DNA of 64,000 nucleotides, taken from NCBI GenBank assembly GCA_019058365.1, contig JAHPZE010000011.1, positions 60,921-124,920 on the forward strand, given 5' to 3'. The notes beneath the pieces were generated by a model. The model was not told where the DNA came from. It ran no database searches and saw nothing but the letters and a program-made list of their open reading frames with translations. The position numbers were made by a program, and so were the translations under genes. Numbering within the stretch: position 1 is the stretch's first letter; the number at the start of each line of letters is the position of its first letter. This document shows positions 60,850 to 64,000 of the stretch, piece by piece. The DNA is from Promethearchaeota archaeon. GTDB lineage: Archaea > Asgardarchaeota > Lokiarchaeia > Sigyniarchaeales > SOKP01.

Positions 60850-61356
60850 ATGCCAGATATTGATGAAAAATCAAAACTAACATTTGAAATTTCTTATCAA
60901 GATTATTTTAAAACAAGATTTGGTGGAATTACTGAAATGGTTAGAGCCTTAACTCCAATCATGGATGAAATGAAAGCTTTAGATAGAATTAAAGAACTCT
61001 ATAAAAAAAAAAGTAAGAATTTGGTAGTAAGGCTATTAAAGAATAAGAAACCCATTACAAATTTTGAAGAATTTAAGGAAATGTATAAAGAACAAATGAG
61101 TACTGAATTCATGCAACATTGTCTCGATTTTATTATTACTGAAGATACATCTAATAAATTGACATTCAAATTTACTACATGTCTTTGGGCTAAGACTTTC
61201 TTAGAAATAAATGAACCTGGTCTTGGTTATGCTATGTGCTGTTATCCTGATTATACTATGGCGAAAGCCTTCCATCCTAAGCTTAAATTAGTACGTAATA
61301 AAACCTTAATGCAAGGCAATGAATGTTGCGAGTCTACTTATCAGTGGGAAGAATAA
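60850..61356 (+). CDS. L-2-amino-thiazoline-4-carboxylic acid hydrolase-like family protein
   Basis: TTCLWA, MCCYPD, RNKTLMQG..CC. Confidence 0.8.
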   Translation: MPDIDEKSKLTFEISYQDYFKTRFGGITEMVRALTPIMDEMKALDRIKELYKKKSKNLVVRLLKNKKPITNFEEFKEMYKEQMSTEFMQHCLDFIITEDTSNKLTFKFTTCLWAKTFLEINEPGLGYAMCCYPDYTMAKAFHPKLKLVRNKTLMQGNECCESTYQWEE

Positions 61357-61418
61357 TTTTTTTTAAATTACAATGGAAATAAGACATAAAGATTAAATTA
61401 AAAGAAAAAAAATATAAG

Positions 61419-63503
61419 TTAAAAGTGGAGTTCTGTCCATACTGCTGGATGATCTGATTCTAGATTATTTATATAACGTGTTTCCGAAACTGTAAAAGTA
61501 GGAGATACAAAAATGTGATCTATCCGATCTGCTAAATCAAAACTGGTACCATCGACTCCTCGTAATGATGCATTTACCCAAGTGTCTTGTAACTCTGACA
61601 CTATAGTATTGTAATAAACTGTGTTATTTCTAAAATTGAAATCGCCCATAGAAATTACATTACTTTTACCACTCATTTGATCCATTAAAGTTTGTATATG
61701 TACTGATTTTGCTTCATCATTTCCATCGGGGTGATTTATATAAACATTTAATATTGTAGCTCCTATTTTGATTTGAACTTCAGTTGTACCTATTTCATCT
61801 ACATTACTATACGAAAAAATTGTCTTTGCATTCATAATTGGAAATCGAGACAGAACTGCTGTACCAAAAGTTCCTGTTACTGTTCTTGGACCATAAAAAC
61901 AATAATAATTTAACTGATTAGCAAAGTAACGCACAATATCTAGATTGTTATAGGAAATTCTTGCTGTGTCACTTTCTTCTAAACCGATAATATCTGGATT
62001 AACTGCTTTAATAATAGCTAATTGATTATCAAAATTTTTATCCCCTGCTACATTTGCTCCTTGTTGTATATTATATGACATTACTATAATAGAAGTTATT
62101 CCACTTGTATCTTGTATCTTAGGGCGTAATTCCCATACTAAAGCTGAAACACTAGTTCCAATTAACATTAATGCCAAGAATGAAGCTACTATTCTTTTAT
62201 CTCGTATATTGATAAGGATAGACTTGAATTCTAATAATCTTTCTTTAAAGATTGCATTTCCCATAATTGGGATTGCTATACCAACTAATAAGAAAGGAAG
62301 CCAGAATAAATTACGAAATATTGTACTTACTGGATCTACATAGCCCCAAACATTTGTAAAGATAAGTATAAATGACATCAACATGAAAAATAGACCTCCT
62401 GTAGCGAAACCTGCCCCTAACTTCGATGGACTTGGTTTTTGTCTGATAAGCTCTCGAGATAAAAGTGTAAAATCGATAAACACTATAGGGATTAATGCTA
62501 TCATAATCACTAAGGGAATGTAATAATACCAACCGATTGGATGATTTATGATTACTGGATTTGAAGTGGAACTGACTGGAAATGGAAATGTATGAACTGC
62601 AATAGTTAAGACAAGTGAAAGTATAAACAAACCATTCCAGATCCAGAGTATGCGTGAATTCAGTTTACTAAGAAGGTTTGGTTTAAATGTCAGTATAAAT
62701 ATGGTTATCGCTATCATCACAGCTATTGCAATTATAATTGCTATATAATCTCCCTCAGTCCATCTTGAAATAACAGTTGGACTACTGAAAGCAAAGTAAT
62801 TGAGAGTTAACACACTAAAAAGGCCAAGTGAGAGTAATTTTACGCCTTTAAAACGTTGCCCTTTCTTAGATCCTTCTTCTCTTTGAGACCCAAGGGATCC
62901 CTCATTTAGGGTATTCATAGAACCGCCAATTTGTTTTTCCTTTATTTGATTAATTATTGAAAGAATAGCGATTATAGCAAGAACCCAGCCAATTATTTGA
63001 AATATTCCATATGTTGAAATATCTACTGAAGAATAAAGTGCTCTGAAGGTAATTGAAAGTAAAATAGCTGAAGCAAGCCCAGCACCAAATTTTAAACTTA
63101 CCTTTTCTTCTTTGTCCATATTATGATTTTTTATGCATTCTGAGTAATATGAGGGTAGAAATAACATAAAACATCCGACTCCTAGTCCTGAAATCATGAT
63201 ATTGTTCGCAGAATCTAAAAATGGAGAAATCAAACGAGTAATTATAGTCACTACAGCTAAAGCTTCATAAAAGTAGTTAGGAATCTTACGTCTAAATACT
63301 AACATGATAAGAGGTGTTAATAAAAACAATAATCCTAACACTTTTTCATCCATTTCTAAATTTAGAAGGTCTAACATATATATAGATTCAATTAAATTAC
63401 CAACTAACTGGAAAAAGAATAAAAACATCACCGTTAATAGCGCGAGCTCAGAATTAAATTTTTTATAAAAATTTTTAATGGAATTCATGATTAGTGAATT
63501 CAT
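61419..63503 (-). CDS. Multi-TM protein with C-terminal EEP domain (CWH43/PGAP2IP-like)
   Basis: About 12 TM helices, then SYNIQQG, DIIGLEESD, YGP...TFGTAVLSRFPI, GDFN, IDHI, SDH. Confidence 0.85.
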   Translation of the reverse strand: MNSLIMNSIKNFYKKFNSELALLTVMFLFFFQLVGNLIESIYMLDLLNLEMDEKVLGLLFLLTPLIMLVFRRKIPNYFYEALAVVTIITRLISPFLDSANNIMISGLGVGCFMLFLPSYYSECIKNHNMDKEEKVSLKFGAGLASAILLSITFRALYSSVDISTYGIFQIIGWVLAIIAILSIINQIKEKQIGGSMNTLNEGSLGSQREEGSKKGQRFKGVKLLSLGLFSVLTLNYFAFSSPTVISRWTEGDYIAIIIAIAVMIAITIFILTFKPNLLSKLNSRILWIWNGLFILSLVLTIAVHTFPFPVSSTSNPVIINHPIGWYYYIPLVIMIALIPIVFIDFTLLSRELIRQKPSPSKLGAGFATGGLFFMLMSFILIFTNVWGYVDPVSTIFRNLFWLPFLLVGIAIPIMGNAIFKERLLEFKSILINIRDKRIVASFLALMLIGTSVSALVWELRPKIQDTSGITSIIVMSYNIQQGANVAGDKNFDNQLAIIKAVNPDIIGLEESDTARISYNNLDIVRYFANQLNYYCFYGPRTVTGTFGTAVLSRFPIMNAKTIFSYSNVDEIGTTEVQIKIGATILNVYINHPDGNDEAKSVHIQTLMDQMSGKSNVISMGDFNFRNNTVYYNTIVSELQDTWVNASLRGVDGTSFDLADRIDHIFVSPTFTVSETRYINNLESDHPAVWTELHF

Positions 63504-63647
63504 TTTTAAACTATATAAATATTCTCACATTGATGTTGATATTCCTAATATGAGAGTTGAATCATAGTTTTCTTGTGTGTATATCAGAAAAAGAAAAAAA
63601 ATAATTATAATTTTAATTTAATTATAAAAAATCATAATATCCAATCC

Positions 63648-63998
63648 CTATTCTTCTTCAGAATCATTTTCACTCTTCTTTTCCGTAATTTCTTCGACTT
63701 CTTCTGGTTTTTCTTCAGGAAGAGATTCATATAATGGCTTAATTTCAGATCCTGGTTCTTCTTTAGGTTTGTATAAGGGTTCTGGTTCATATACAGGCTC
63801 AGGTTCTGGTTCGTATATAGGTTCCGGTTCCGGTTCGTATACTGATTCAGGTTCTGGTTCATATACAGGTTCGGGTTCTGGTTCATATACAGACTCCGGC
63901 TCATATACTGATTCGGGTTCTGGTTCATATACAGGTTCAGGCTCCGGTTCCGGTTCATATTCTGGTTCGGGTTCTGGTTCATATATAGGTTCAGACTC
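63648..63998 (-). CDS. C-terminus of an acidic Glu-Pro repeat protein, 5'-truncated by window edge
   Basis: Frame reads [32 protein letters not shown]...[22 protein letters not shown] with no stop up to the window end. Confidence 0.75.
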   Translation of the reverse strand, partial: ESEPIYEPEPEPEYEPEPEPEPVYEPEPESVYEPESVYEPEPEPVYEPEPESVYEPEPEPIYEPEPEPVYEPEPLYKPKEEPGSEIKPLYESLPEEKPEEVEEITEKKSENDSEEE

Positions 63999-64000
63999 CG
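63775..64000 (-). repeat. Coding tandem repeat, about 18-30 nt units encoding (V/I)YEPEPE(P/S)
   Basis: Repeated ggttctggttcatatac-type units on the + strand with synonymous third-position variation. Confidence 0.9.

Noticed and set aside
462-62532. Short antisense or alternate-frame track ORFs nested in longer genes (e.g. 1621-1845, 25309-25713, 25873-26403, 29277-29645, 33889-34305, 47282-47707, 59415-59714)
   Set aside because: They overlap well-supported genes and have no motifs; treated as shadow ORFs.
63632-63982. Track ORF with an Asn/Gln-rich MNQNPNQ repeat
   Set aside because: Shadow frame of the Glu-Pro repeat; synonymous variation and the acidic tail favour the frame ending at 63648.
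63775-64000. Possible CRISPR array
   Set aside because: No unique spacers; unit lengths are multiples of 3 and coding.
1-64000. tRNA, rRNA, transposase or integrase genes
   Set aside because: No GC-rich structured RNA segments or recombinase/transposase motifs were seen by eye; a covariance-model scan would be needed to exclude small RNAs.

Overview
AT-rich archaeal DNA (roughly 30% GC by eye), almost certainly from an Asgard archaeon of the Lokiarchaeia/Promethearchaeia type. The basis is archaeal CdhA and IorAB alongside eukaryotic-signature proteins: three small GTPases, a gelsolin-domain protein, a longin-like protein, a VWA-RING-RING protein, a SNAP-like TPR protein and a CWH43-like protein. 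I saw no rRNA, tRNA, CRISPR array or intact mobile element. The standout locus is 22.7-26.3 kb: a Cys-bearing MarR regulator with a perfect 20-bp palindromic operator, an unannotated 32-aa triple-CC peptide, an iron-sulfur flavoprotein, a SAM-methyltransferase fused to a complete HgcA-like corrinoid/membrane protein, and an HgcB-like ferredoxin. This looks like a self-contained, regulated metal(loid)-methylation module. Other notable items: a BpsA-AdoMetDC fusion, a TFIIH-p44/Rpn10-like VWA with two RING fingers, an HhH-GTPase-roadblock fusion, a standalone maltokinase opposite a GH57 enzyme, a possible lipid-scavenging cluster, three frameshifted genes, two gene remnants and a Glu-Pro repeat protein cut off by the window end. 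All family calls come from motif recognition; no database searches were run.
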